From: Candidatus Dadabacteria bacterium
Lineage (GTDB): Bacteria > Desulfobacterota_D > UBA1144 > Nemesobacterales > CSP1-2
DNA: 45,519 bases
Assembly: GCA_040289575.1 (NCBI GenBank)
Contig: PSLL01000008.1
Span: 64,299 to 109,817, forward strand
Reading direction: 5' to 3'
Under the pieces are notes generated by a model. It saw only the letters and a list, made by a program, of their open reading frames with translations. It did no database searches and had not been told where the DNA came from. Shown here piece by piece: positions 1 through 7,976 of this stretch (position 1 is the first letter of the stretch; the number at the start of each line of letters is the position of its first letter). Made by a program: the position numbers and the translations under genes.

Positions 1-28
1 CTCATTAGGACGGAACAGGAGCCGTACC
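1..28 (+). ncRNA. Candidate 3' part of a pan RNA motif (panB leader), cut by the window edge
   Basis: Directly upstream of panBCD. CTCATTAGGAC-GGAACAGGAG resembles my recollection of panB leader motifs, and ACGG/CCGT can form a small stem. Not verified with a covariance model. Confidence 0.3.
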
Positions 29-47
29 TAGACAGATTGAAAAAGGG

Positions 48-88
48 AAAACCAGCTAGGGCTTATGCCCAATTAGCTGGTTTTTTTT
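48..88 (+). terminator. Intrinsic terminator-like hairpin upstream of panB
   Basis: AAAACCAGCTA-GGGC-TTAT-GCCC-AAT-TAGCTGGTTTT, ending in a T8 run (81-88). Confidence 0.7.
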
Positions 89-108
89 AACGTTGGCCTC
101 TAAGACAC

Positions 109-963
109 ATGGGTACGGAAATAAATGATTTTACTCTGCCTAGTGTCTATAAAATGAACAAAATGAAGAAGGTTACAGTCCCAGAAATTTGTGATATGAA
201 AGGTCGCGGAGAGAAGATCGTTATGGTAACTGCCTATGATGCTGCGACGGCGAACATAATTGATGAATCCGGGGTGGATATCATCCTTGTCGGTGATTCT
301 CTTGGAAATGTAATTCAAGGCCTCCCCGACACGCTTTCTGTAACTATTGACGAGATGGTTTACCATACAAAAATCGTTTCAAGGGGAATAAGGCGCGCTC
401 ATCTCTGCGGGGATATGCCGTTTATGTCATACCAGGCTTCAAAAGAGGATGCCATAAGAAGTGCTGGAAGGTTTGTAAAGGAAGGAAGGGCGGAATCCGT
501 AAAAATTGAGACGAATGAGAACTATCTCGACACAATCTATGCCATCCAGAAGGCGGGGATTCCGGTTATGGCTCACATTGGGCTTTGTCCACAATCGGTA
601 CTTGTAATCGGAGGTTATAGGGTTCAGGGGCGCAGAGATGATGATGCTAAGAGGCTCATTGAACTTGCAAAATCTGCTGAATGTGCGGGGGCATTCTCTC
701 TAGTTTTGGAGAGTATTCCCCAGGAGCTTGCAAAAAAGATAACAGAATCCATAAGCATACCAACCATCGGAATCGGAGCGGGACCTTTTTGCGATGGACA
801 GGTACTTGTCATAAACGATTTAGTGGGATTTTCACCGGATCCGCTTCCCAGATTCGTAAAAAGGTATGCGAACTTAAGGGAGGCAATGTCAAAAGCGGTG
901 AAGGAATTTGTGGATGAGGTAAAGGATGGAACTTTTCCCGACACCCGGCGTTCATACAACTGA
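109..963 (+). CDS. panB: 3-methyl-2-oxobutanoate hydroxymethyltransferase
   Basis: TAYD, ILVGDSLG, DMPFMSY, HIGL and IPTIGIGAG motifs. True start is probably ATG 154 or 163. Confidence 0.97.
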   Translation: MGTEINDFTLPSVYKMNKMKKVTVPEICDMKGRGEKIVMVTAYDAATANIIDESGVDIILVGDSLGNVIQGLPDTLSVTIDEMVYHTKIVSRGIRRAHLCGDMPFMSYQASKEDAIRSAGRFVKEGRAESVKIETNENYLDTIYAIQKAGIPVMAHIGLCPQSVLVIGGYRVQGRRDDDAKRLIELAKSAECAGAFSLVLESIPQELAKKITESISIPTIGIGAGPFCDGQVLVINDLVGFSPDPLPRFVKRYANLREAMSKAVKEFVDEVKDGTFPDTRRSYN

Positions 964-975
964 GGAGAGAATCGA

Positions 976-1815
976 TTGAGGGTTATAACCAGCTTAGGAG
1001 AAATGCAGAGTTTAGCAAATAGAACAAGAAGGGACGGAATGAAAATCTCTCTTGTTCCTACAATGGGGGCGCTTCATGAAGGGCATCTTAATCTCATATC
1101 TGAGGCTAGGAAAATGGGAGATGTTCTCGTAGTAAGCATTTTTGTAAATCCCACCCAGTTTGGACCTAATGAGGATTTTGCAAGGTATCCAAGAGACCTA
1201 CAGGGTGACTTAAGAAAGATAGAGAGTCTTGGTGTTGATATTGTTTTCACTCCAACTCCGGAAGAGATGTATCCCGAGGGATTTCAAACATACGTAGAGG
1301 TGAAAAGGCTACAAGAACATCTCTGCGGACCCTTTCGTCCAGGACACTTCAGAGGTGTTGCGACCGTTGTTCTTAAATTATTTAATATCGTAAAGCCTCA
1401 CTTTGCACTTTTTGGAGAAAAGGACTATCAACAATTAAAAATCATTCAGAGAATGGTCGAGGATTTAAACCTAGAGATTGAGGTTTTAGGATTCCCTATT
1501 GTTAGAGAGACAAGTGGACTCGCATTCAGCTCTAGAAACGCCTATCTCTTTCCCGATAAAAAGGAGTGTGCGCTTTGGGTATCGAGGGTCCTTCATAATA
1601 TAAAAAGGGATTTTGACAGCGGCTGTAGGGATGCAAAAGCTATGGCTGATAGGGGGAAAAAAACCTTAAGGGATGCGGGAATCAAAGAGATTGACTACCT
1701 AGAGATTTGCGATCCCCAAACCCTTATAAGTAAAGAAGTAGTCGAAAGCGGGGATTTGGTAGCAATAGCAGTGAGGCTCGATGGGACAAGGCTTATTGAC
1801 AATATAAGACTTTAA
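976..1815 (+). CDS. panC: Pantoate-beta-alanine ligase
   Basis: VPTMGALHEGH, SIFVNPTQF, RPGHFRGV, FGEKDYQQ and RLIDN motifs; TTG start after GAGGAG. Confidence 0.97.
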   Translation: MRVITSLGEMQSLANRTRRDGMKISLVPTMGALHEGHLNLISEARKMGDVLVVSIFVNPTQFGPNEDFARYPRDLQGDLRKIESLGVDIVFTPTPEEMYPEGFQTYVEVKRLQEHLCGPFRPGHFRGVATVVLKLFNIVKPHFALFGEKDYQQLKIIQRMVEDLNLEIEVLGFPIVRETSGLAFSSRNAYLFPDKKECALWVSRVLHNIKRDFDSGCRDAKAMADRGKKTLRDAGIKEIDYLEICDPQTLISKEVVESGDLVAIAVRLDGTRLIDNIRL

Positions 1816-1828
1816 TTAGGAGGAGACG

Positions 1829-2218
1829 ATGAAAAGAGTGCTTCTTAAATCTAAGATTCACAGGGCGACCGTTACAGAGGCCAACGTCAATTACGAGGGA
1901 AGTGTTACGATTGACAAGGACCTAATGGATGCTGCTGATCTAATCCCTTATGAGCAGGTGCACATATTCAATGTGATAAATGGACAGAGATTTTTTACTT
2001 ATGTAATTGAAGGTAAACCCGGCTCCGGTGTAATCTGTGCAAATGGAGCCGCTGCTCATCTCGCTAGGGAAGGGGACACGGTAATAATCGCAAGCTTTGC
2101 CTCATATAATGAGAGCGAATGTAAGAGGCACGAACCCAAACTGGTTTATGTAAATGGAAATAATAAAATCACTAAGATAAAACCGGAATCTGAAAAACTC
2201 AGGCTTGCGAAGAGCTAG
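1829..2218 (+). CDS. panD: Aspartate 1-decarboxylase
   Basis: [14 protein letters not shown] cleavage site and NGAAA motif; third gene of the pan operon. Confidence 0.97.
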   Translation: MKRVLLKSKIHRATVTEANVNYEGSVTIDKDLMDAADLIPYEQVHIFNVINGQRFFTYVIEGKPGSGVICANGAAAHLAREGDTVIIASFASYNESECKRHEPKLVYVNGNNKITKIKPESEKLRLAKS

Positions 2219-2269
2219 GTCTTTAGTAGAGCCATAGAGATAAATCTTAACTATCTTTTTTGTGTTTAT

Positions 2270-3670
2270 TTATATACAACAGCTGAGTTTTGTAATATCT
2301 TTAGTAAATGAAAGTGCAGTGATTTTGATTGCCTCAGAGAGCGTCGGGAATATTGGAAGCGAACTTACAATATCATCAATGGTTGATTTATTCTTTACCA
2401 ACATCATCGCTTCGGCAATTAATTCGCCTGCGTTCGGTGCAAGGATATGCACCCCAAGAACCTGTTTTGTCTTTGGATGAATTGTCACCTTAATCAGCCC
2501 TTCTGTGCGGTGCATAATGATCGCTTTCGGCACATCGGCAAATGAGACAGTCCGACAGGCACATACACCTATTTTTTTTATTTGTTCATCTTCAGTGTAT
2601 CCTACAGAGGCAAGCTGTGGATCAGTAAAAATCGTATAAGGTACAGTGTTGTAGTTGATATTTTTCTTTGAGTTGGTCAAGGCATTCTCTGCGGCAAGTG
2701 TTCCTTCATGTCCAGCAGTTGGCTCAAGGCGCAAAGGTAAGTTAGCTACATCTCCAATCGCAAATATATGAGGCTGAGAGGTTTGAAAGGATTGAGTGAC
2801 TACAATAGCTTGATGTTTGTCAATCTCTATACCAGCTTTTTCCAGATTCAGTTCCTTTGTATTCGGGATTTTGCCAGCAGCTAAGAGTATTTCTTCACCG
2901 GATGCCTCTTCTTGTTTTCCGTTAGTCACATACGAAAGAATTTTTCGATCCTTGTCTTTGTGCGCCTTTTTAACTTCGACACCTGTTTTTATGATGATAC
3001 CCTCTTTTGTCAGTATCTCACTGAGGCGTTGAGTCAATTCTTTTTCAGCCCGTGGTAAGATAGATGGGCCGCGTTGTAATATAGTAACTTTTGTACCAAA
3101 TCTCGTATACATTTGAGCAAACTCAAGACCCACCGGTCCTGCACCAATTACAATCAGTTCTTTTGGTTGCCTTTCAAGTCTTAGAGCTTCGATATGGGTA
3201 ACAAAACCGACTTTGCCAATACCCTCGATTGTAGGGACATTGGCGGTTGAGCCAGTAGCAACAATAAATTTTTCTCCAAATAGATTTTGATTATTAACTT
3301 CTATCTCATTTTTAGAAATGAATTTTGCTCTTCCTTCTATGTACTTAACATACTCAAGACTTTTTAATACCTTTTTGTATTTTTCCTGACGCAATTTTTC
3401 TACCAAAGCAAGTTCATACTCAATAACTTTTTGAAAATTAAAGCTTTTTACTTCAAGCTCAATACCAGGAATACCATGATTCTTTGCCAGATGTAAAACC
3501 TCTCCAGCATAAAGAAGAGTCTTCGACGGAACACAACCCACATTCACACAGGTTCCACCAAGTGGCAGGCCAGCATTAATCATGGTTTTAGCTTGTAATT
3601 CATTGGCACGAATAGCTGCTGCAAAAGCACCTGCGCCGCCACCGATTATGATCAAGTCAAATTTTCCCAT
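2270..3670 (-). CDS. merA: Mercuric reductase lacking the N-terminal HMA domain
   Basis: GGGAGA FAD motif, GGTCVNVGCVPSK redox centre, C-terminal LSCCI vicinal Cys pair; mer context. Confidence 0.93.
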   Translation of the reverse strand: MGKFDLIIIGGGAGAFAAAIRANELQAKTMINAGLPLGGTCVNVGCVPSKTLLYAGEVLHLAKNHGIPGIELEVKSFNFQKVIEYELALVEKLRQEKYKKVLKSLEYVKYIEGRAKFISKNEIEVNNQNLFGEKFIVATGSTANVPTIEGIGKVGFVTHIEALRLERQPKELIVIGAGPVGLEFAQMYTRFGTKVTILQRGPSILPRAEKELTQRLSEILTKEGIIIKTGVEVKKAHKDKDRKILSYVTNGKQEEASGEEILLAAGKIPNTKELNLEKAGIEIDKHQAIVVTQSFQTSQPHIFAIGDVANLPLRLEPTAGHEGTLAAENALTNSKKNINYNTVPYTIFTDPQLASVGYTEDEQIKKIGVCACRTVSFADVPKAIIMHRTEGLIKVTIHPKTKQVLGVHILAPNAGELIAEAMMLVKNKSTIDDIVSSLPIFPTLSEAIKITALSFTKDITKLSCCI

Positions 3671-3691
3671 GATTTTATAAATGCCTCCTTT

Positions 3692-4051
3692 CTATATCTC
3701 ACAAGATTCGGGTTTACATGTCTTTCGAAGGTAAATATCCCAAACAGAAGCTGCGATCAGACCCACAAGTCCAATATAAACTAACAGCTTTGAGAACCAG
3801 ATAGCAACAAAGACAACTATGGCACTTACTATGACAAGGATTAGGCTTTCCTTCCTTCCATGAGACTTAAATGATTTATAAACACTTCCAATACTAATCC
3901 CAAGGAAAACTACAAGAAGTGGAATCAGAATCTTATCGTTAATTAAAAATCCAACACCAATGCTTGAAAGAAAAGCTAAAAGAGCCGGTGTTCCGATGCA
4001 ACATAGAGCTGCAAAGATTGATCCGAGTGAACTGATAATTTTAAATACCAT
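3692..4051 (-). CDS. merC: MerC-family mercury transporter
   Basis: Four hydrophobic segments, ALCC in TM1, AASVWD near the C-terminus and terminal Cys residues. Confidence 0.8.
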   Translation of the reverse strand: MVFKIISSLGSIFAALCCIGTPALLAFLSSIGVGFLINDKILIPLLVVFLGISIGSVYKSFKSHGRKESLILVIVSAIVVFVAIWFSKLLVYIGLVGLIAASVWDIYLRKTCKPESCEI

Positions 4052-4063
4052 AGCTTTCCTCCT

Positions 4064-4435
4064 TTACTTCCCTTCTTTACCAAGAGGAGTTGCTTTATAA
4101 TTACCAGAACTCTCTATAGTTTTAACTATGTCATCTACTGTAACTTTGCCATCTTCATACAGTACTTTAGCCTTTTTATCCTTGTAACTCACATCAGCAT
4201 CCACTATACCATTTAGCTTCTTTAAAGCAGTTTTTATGGTAAGTGGACACATCCTGCATGTCATACCATCTACTTTGAGTGTAACCTCTTGTGTATTTGT
4301 ACCCCTTTCACTCAATGCGGAGGTGTGAAAGCCTGTAAGAGCAGTGGCTAGAACCGCTACTAAGATAACTATGCCTGCAGTTACAATCTTTATTTTTATA
4401 CCCTCCTCATATCTTTTACCAAGAAATGTCCTCAT
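4064..4435 (-). CDS. merP: Periplasmic mercury-binding protein (HMA domain)
   Basis: Hydrophobic signal segment followed by an HMA fold with GMTCRMC. Start codon uncertain (see findings). Confidence 0.85.
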   Translation of the reverse strand: MRTFLGKRYEEGIKIKIVTAGIVILVAVLATALTGFHTSALSERGTNTQEVTLKVDGMTCRMCPLTIKTALKKLNGIVDADVSYKDKKAKVLYEDGKVTVDDIVKTIESSGNYKATPLGKEGK

Positions 4436-4530
4436 TTTATCTAATTACATCTCTATAGCTTCTGCCATCACTTGGTTTAAGACGAGTTCACTACCAGCAG
4501 TGAGGTACCACAAGTCCGCTTTTCCCTTTT

Positions 4531-4896
4531 TCATTTTTCAAGTAAGAGAAAACCGATGATATTTGGTAAGAGGATAAAAGCAACCACCAAGATAGCCGCT
4601 ATCCAGAGAATGATTCTATTTAGTTTTCTTCTTTTGGGATCTATCGCAGCACAACTTGTGCCGGAACTACATTCCTCTCCACCTCTATAAGCAAAGAAGA
4701 AACCGAGTGACAAGAATGCAAGGGATACTAATCCAAAAATCAACTTGTACTGCTCAAGCTTTGCAAAGAAAGCGGCTCCACCTAATCCAAGAACTACAAA
4801 TACTAAGGGACCTATACAGCATAGAGATGCTACGAATCCTGATATTATAGAGCCTATAGAAGCAAAAAGAGTAATTTTGTTGGTTCTCTCAATCAT
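4531..4896 (-). CDS. merT: Mercuric ion transporter MerT
   Basis: ASLCCIGPL in TM1, cytoplasmic C-x5-C pair (ECSSGTSC) and three TM segments. Confidence 0.9.
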   Translation of the reverse strand: MIERTNKITLFASIGSIISGFVASLCCIGPLVFVVLGLGGAAFFAKLEQYKLIFGLVSLAFLSLGFFFAYRGGEECSSGTSCAAIDPKRRKLNRIILWIAAILVVAFILLPNIIGFLLLEK

Positions 4897-5306
4897 CTTT
4901 ATCCTCCTTCGATTCTAGTACCTCTATTATCGGACATTCACCCATTGGGCCTTTACCGCTACACATTGCTACAAGCTTTGTAAGCGCCTTCTTTATACCT
5001 TGCAGAGTGCGGATTTTTTCTTGTATGTCTGCAATTTTTGCTTCCGCACGTCTTTTCACATCCGCGCATGTAGTACCGGGGTCAACCCCTTAATGATAGA
5101 AGCTCTGAGATTTCTTTCAGTGTGAATCCAAGTTCCTGAGCGCGCTTTATAAACTGAATACGGTTGACTATTTCCTCGGAGTATTGACGATAACCAGACC
5201 TCGGGCTTGGTGGTTTAGGTATATGACCACAGCGTTCATAGTAGCGTATAGTTTCAACATTGACATCTGCCTTTTTAGCGACCTGTCCTATGGTTAGATT
5301 CCCCAT
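4889..5306 (-). pseudogene. merR: MerR regulator with a +1 frameshift
   Basis: HTH ETIRYYER. Removing one G from the GGGG run (CCCC at 5086-5089) restores ...LRVDPGTTCADVKRR...AMCSGKGPMGECPIIEVLESKEDKDD*, 138 aa with the three Hg-binding Cys. Confidence 0.88.
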
Positions 5307-5323
5307 TTTTTACCTCCATTCAT

Positions 5324-5355
5324 ATTATAAACTCCGTACCTAGATACGGAGTCAA
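5324..5355 (-). promoter_or_regulatory. MerR-type promoter/operator
   Basis: TTGACT (5355-5350), 20-bp spacer, TATAAT (5329-5324), with the dyad ACTCCGTA-N6-TACGGAGT (5331-5352) across the spacer. Confidence 0.9.
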
Positions 5356-5536
5356 GTCTTCTTTGAATTTTTTAATTTTTTCTACTTCTTGTTAGAATTG
5401 GTGTAAAACCCTTGAGAATAGATAACATTGAAGAATTGGCTTCAATGCCTATGGTTCAATTTGATGAATTGGAAAGCTAGGGTTCTTTCTTATATACCCG
5501 AGTTTTTCTCTTTGTTCTCTGCCGTAAATCTTCTAT

Positions 5537-6028
5537 TTATTTCATAGTCTTATCAATCCCCAACACCCTTTTTAGAAACCTTTCTGCATTCTCTATATGT
5601 GTGCCTGCCCAGTATATCCTTCCGCATGAGTTGCACCGTCTGAATTTATTTTGAGTCTCCCATACGTAAGAAGGAATCTTATCCATTAGGGAATCTTTTG
5701 AAACCTCTTCAAGTAAAGCGTTACAGCGGATACATCTTGTAAAAGCACTTTCAAGTGTATCAAGTTCAAAAACTCGGATAAACTCAAGGATCTGTTCAGT
5801 CAGATGATCGCTCCATATAAGAAGATACTCCTTTATATTTTTTCTCCTCTCTATAGATCTGTCTCTTGTAAGAATTACCCACCCCTCAGAGATGGCACGC
5901 TGTATTAGAATCTCATCGGCGATATCCTTTTTGTATTCCGCGTCTACTCCGGCGAGTCTCAACCATTTGGCGAGCTTCCCAAGCATCGAGTCGGCAATAA
6001 AGTGTGTCTCAAGAGCCTTTCTCTTCAT
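5537..6028 (-). CDS. Mut7-C (PIN-like) RNase domain protein
   Basis: DSMLGKLAKWLR, LTRD, RCIRCN and CNSCGRIYWAGTH zinc-ribbon motifs. Confidence 0.88.
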   Translation of the reverse strand: MKRKALETHFIADSMLGKLAKWLRLAGVDAEYKKDIADEILIQRAISEGWVILTRDRSIERRKNIKEYLLIWSDHLTEQILEFIRVFELDTLESAFTRCIRCNALLEEVSKDSLMDKIPSYVWETQNKFRRCNSCGRIYWAGTHIENAERFLKRVLGIDKTMK

Positions 6029-6250
6029 TTGTAATATGATACCAACTTCTAATATAGGAGTGCTAATAAAAAGGGCTTAGAATCAATCCGCTTTGTTCAA
6101 TATGGCTTTTTGTTAAAAAGGTAGCAGGAGTTTATTATCTAGGCGGTTCATGGATGTCTCTGTCTGGATCAAGGTCAAGCGTCTAGACATGAAAATTGTA
6201 ATTAAGGCTCCGGACTCAGGTTCTTGGAGGCTAATTCGTTGATAAATAAA

Positions 6251-7849
6251 CTAGGCTGCCTTTTCCTGCAAGATATCTCTGGTTAATCTTTCGGCCTCAT
6301 CTATTCCTTCGGTTGATGCGGCAATTAGGCTCAGTGATTTTTCTCCAATCTCTAAGGTTAAGCTAAAGCTCTTTCTGTTTTTCTTCTCAAACTCTACAAG
6401 CGGAGTGATGACATTGTCTAAAAATCTATTGAAGGCATCCATTGTTCTTCTTCTTACCTTTCCGTAGCCCTTTATCATCTGCCCACTCTTTGCTATGAGA
6501 CATCCGATGTCGTAGTTTATTTTCGCAAATCTTTCTACACTGGTCTTATACTTTTTGATTAGTGAATGCTCTTTGTGGTAGCGATAAGAGTAAGGTCTCA
6601 TAAATTTAAGTTTGGTAAGGAGCCAGAGCCTCAAAAACCCCGAAAAAGAGGTAGTAACTGGTTTTTGTCCAAGGGTTATTTTTTTATTCTTAGGCCAGAG
6701 ATTTTGAAAAAAGTCAGTCTCGGTAAGGTAGATTATCGGGGCTACGAGAAAGTTTGGAAGGAGTCCATAAATCTCCTCGGCATCTGGTTTCAAATAGTCC
6801 GTAACGCGAAATGTCTGATCGGATCTCAGCCTCATCTCCTCTTTGATCCTTTTGAATCTCTCCGGCCTAATTTTAAGATCGGCTACCCGGATTCCGTCCT
6901 CATATGTCATCCAGAGGGCAAGGTTCTTGGCAAATATTTCGGTGAGCCTAAATCCGCCCTTCATTTCCTTATCTATATAATATGTGCTTTTGAGTTCATT
7001 CAAATACTTTTTTGCGTATCCTGCATCTTGATAGTCTATTAGCCTAAAAAGGGCTTCTGCCATAATTTCCCTAAGGTGGGTGGGATACTCCGCCTCGATT
7101 TCAGAGATTAATTTGAGATATTCATCTCCTGATTTAGGTGCTAATTTTTCGACCCTCTCTTTTTTAAACTCCTCCCAACTCTTCTGGAGCGCCGATTTTA
7201 GCTCGGCGTACTTACGGGATTTTACATAGTCCCATCCAATTCTAAATGCCTTTATGTTGCTCCCCACCGCGACCCCTGCTTCTTCTATCGCCTTTATGTA
7301 ATTGACCTCGGATATTGGCAGTGCCTCAGATGCCCCCAGTGCCCCAAGGAGTATTGCGTTTACTCCAAGCTCATCCATTCCATTTTCTTTGGCTATTTCA
7401 AGTGCATTGAATGCGATGAAAAGAGAAGAGAAGTTGGTTGCGAGTTTTTTCAGGTTTTCGTTTGAATATATACCGCTGCTTATAGGGGTTTTCTCAAGGG
7501 TAGAATAAATCCTGTGTGTGCTTGAGACGACTACCGTTCTCTCTGAGCCGTATCCGGTCTCAAGTGCCCTTCCCAGTTCAAGGAACTCTTGGGCTAGAAT
7601 CACATCTACATCTCCTGGAACAGGGTATTGAGAGAATATGATTTGTTTCTGATCTGAATTCACCCTCGGATGAGCTTCAAGATAATAGACCGTTGAGCCG
7701 CCGCGCTGAGAAAGCCCGGGGAGCCCTATTGCCTGAACCTCAAAACCCTCGAGGAGAAAGGCCTGGACAAGCCACTCTGTAAGAACCCCGCCACCTTGTC
7801 CTCCTACCGCCGGAATTAGGATTTTTATCAGTTCGCTGTTTCTATCCAT
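6251..7849 (-). CDS. iorB: Indolepyruvate:ferredoxin oxidoreductase beta subunit with a long C-terminal extension
   Basis: AVGGQGGGVL, PGLSQRGGSTVYY, LIDYQD, LWMTYED and IKGYG motifs. Start moved to ATG 7849 because the upstream codons fall in a repeat. Confidence 0.85.
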   Translation of the reverse strand: MDRNSELIKILIPAVGGQGGGVLTEWLVQAFLLEGFEVQAIGLPGLSQRGGSTVYYLEAHPRVNSDQKQIIFSQYPVPGDVDVILAQEFLELGRALETGYGSERTVVVSSTHRIYSTLEKTPISSGIYSNENLKKLATNFSSLFIAFNALEIAKENGMDELGVNAILLGALGASEALPISEVNYIKAIEEAGVAVGSNIKAFRIGWDYVKSRKYAELKSALQKSWEEFKKERVEKLAPKSGDEYLKLISEIEAEYPTHLREIMAEALFRLIDYQDAGYAKKYLNELKSTYYIDKEMKGGFRLTEIFAKNLALWMTYEDGIRVADLKIRPERFKRIKEEMRLRSDQTFRVTDYLKPDAEEIYGLLPNFLVAPIIYLTETDFFQNLWPKNKKITLGQKPVTTSFSGFLRLWLLTKLKFMRPYSYRYHKEHSLIKKYKTSVERFAKINYDIGCLIAKSGQMIKGYGKVRRRTMDAFNRFLDNVITPLVEFEKKNRKSFSLTLEIGEKSLSLIAASTEGIDEAERLTRDILQEKAA

Positions 7850-7873
7850 CTCTTTTGTTTGTATCCCAGATTT

Positions 7874-7963
7874 ATAACTATTTAACCACAAATAGATAGG
7901 AATTTACATAAGTAAAATAGTTCGAGTGCCATCTGCTGCGCTGATTTGTGATTGAATAGTTAC
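7874..7963. repeat. Small MITE-like element with 20-bp terminal inverted repeats
   Basis: ATAACTATTTAACCACAAAT (7874-7893) vs ATTTGTGATTGAATAGTTAC (7944-7963): 17/20 complementary. Confidence 0.7.
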
Positions 7964-7976
7964 CCGAATACGGGTG

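Noticed and set aside
4531..4533. merT TGA as a selenocysteine codon
   Set aside because: It is at the natural C-terminus rather than a Cys position, and read-through gives a short, unremarkable tail.
5449..5460. 12-bp match CTATGGTTCAAT with 45500-45511 as an att or target duplication
   Set aside because: The copies are 40 kb apart around core genes, and a 12-bp match can arise by chance.
6147..6193. TTCATG...TGTCTGGA/TCTAGACA...CATGAA hairpin as an ncRNA
   Set aside because: Weak pairing, single copy and no recognisable family.
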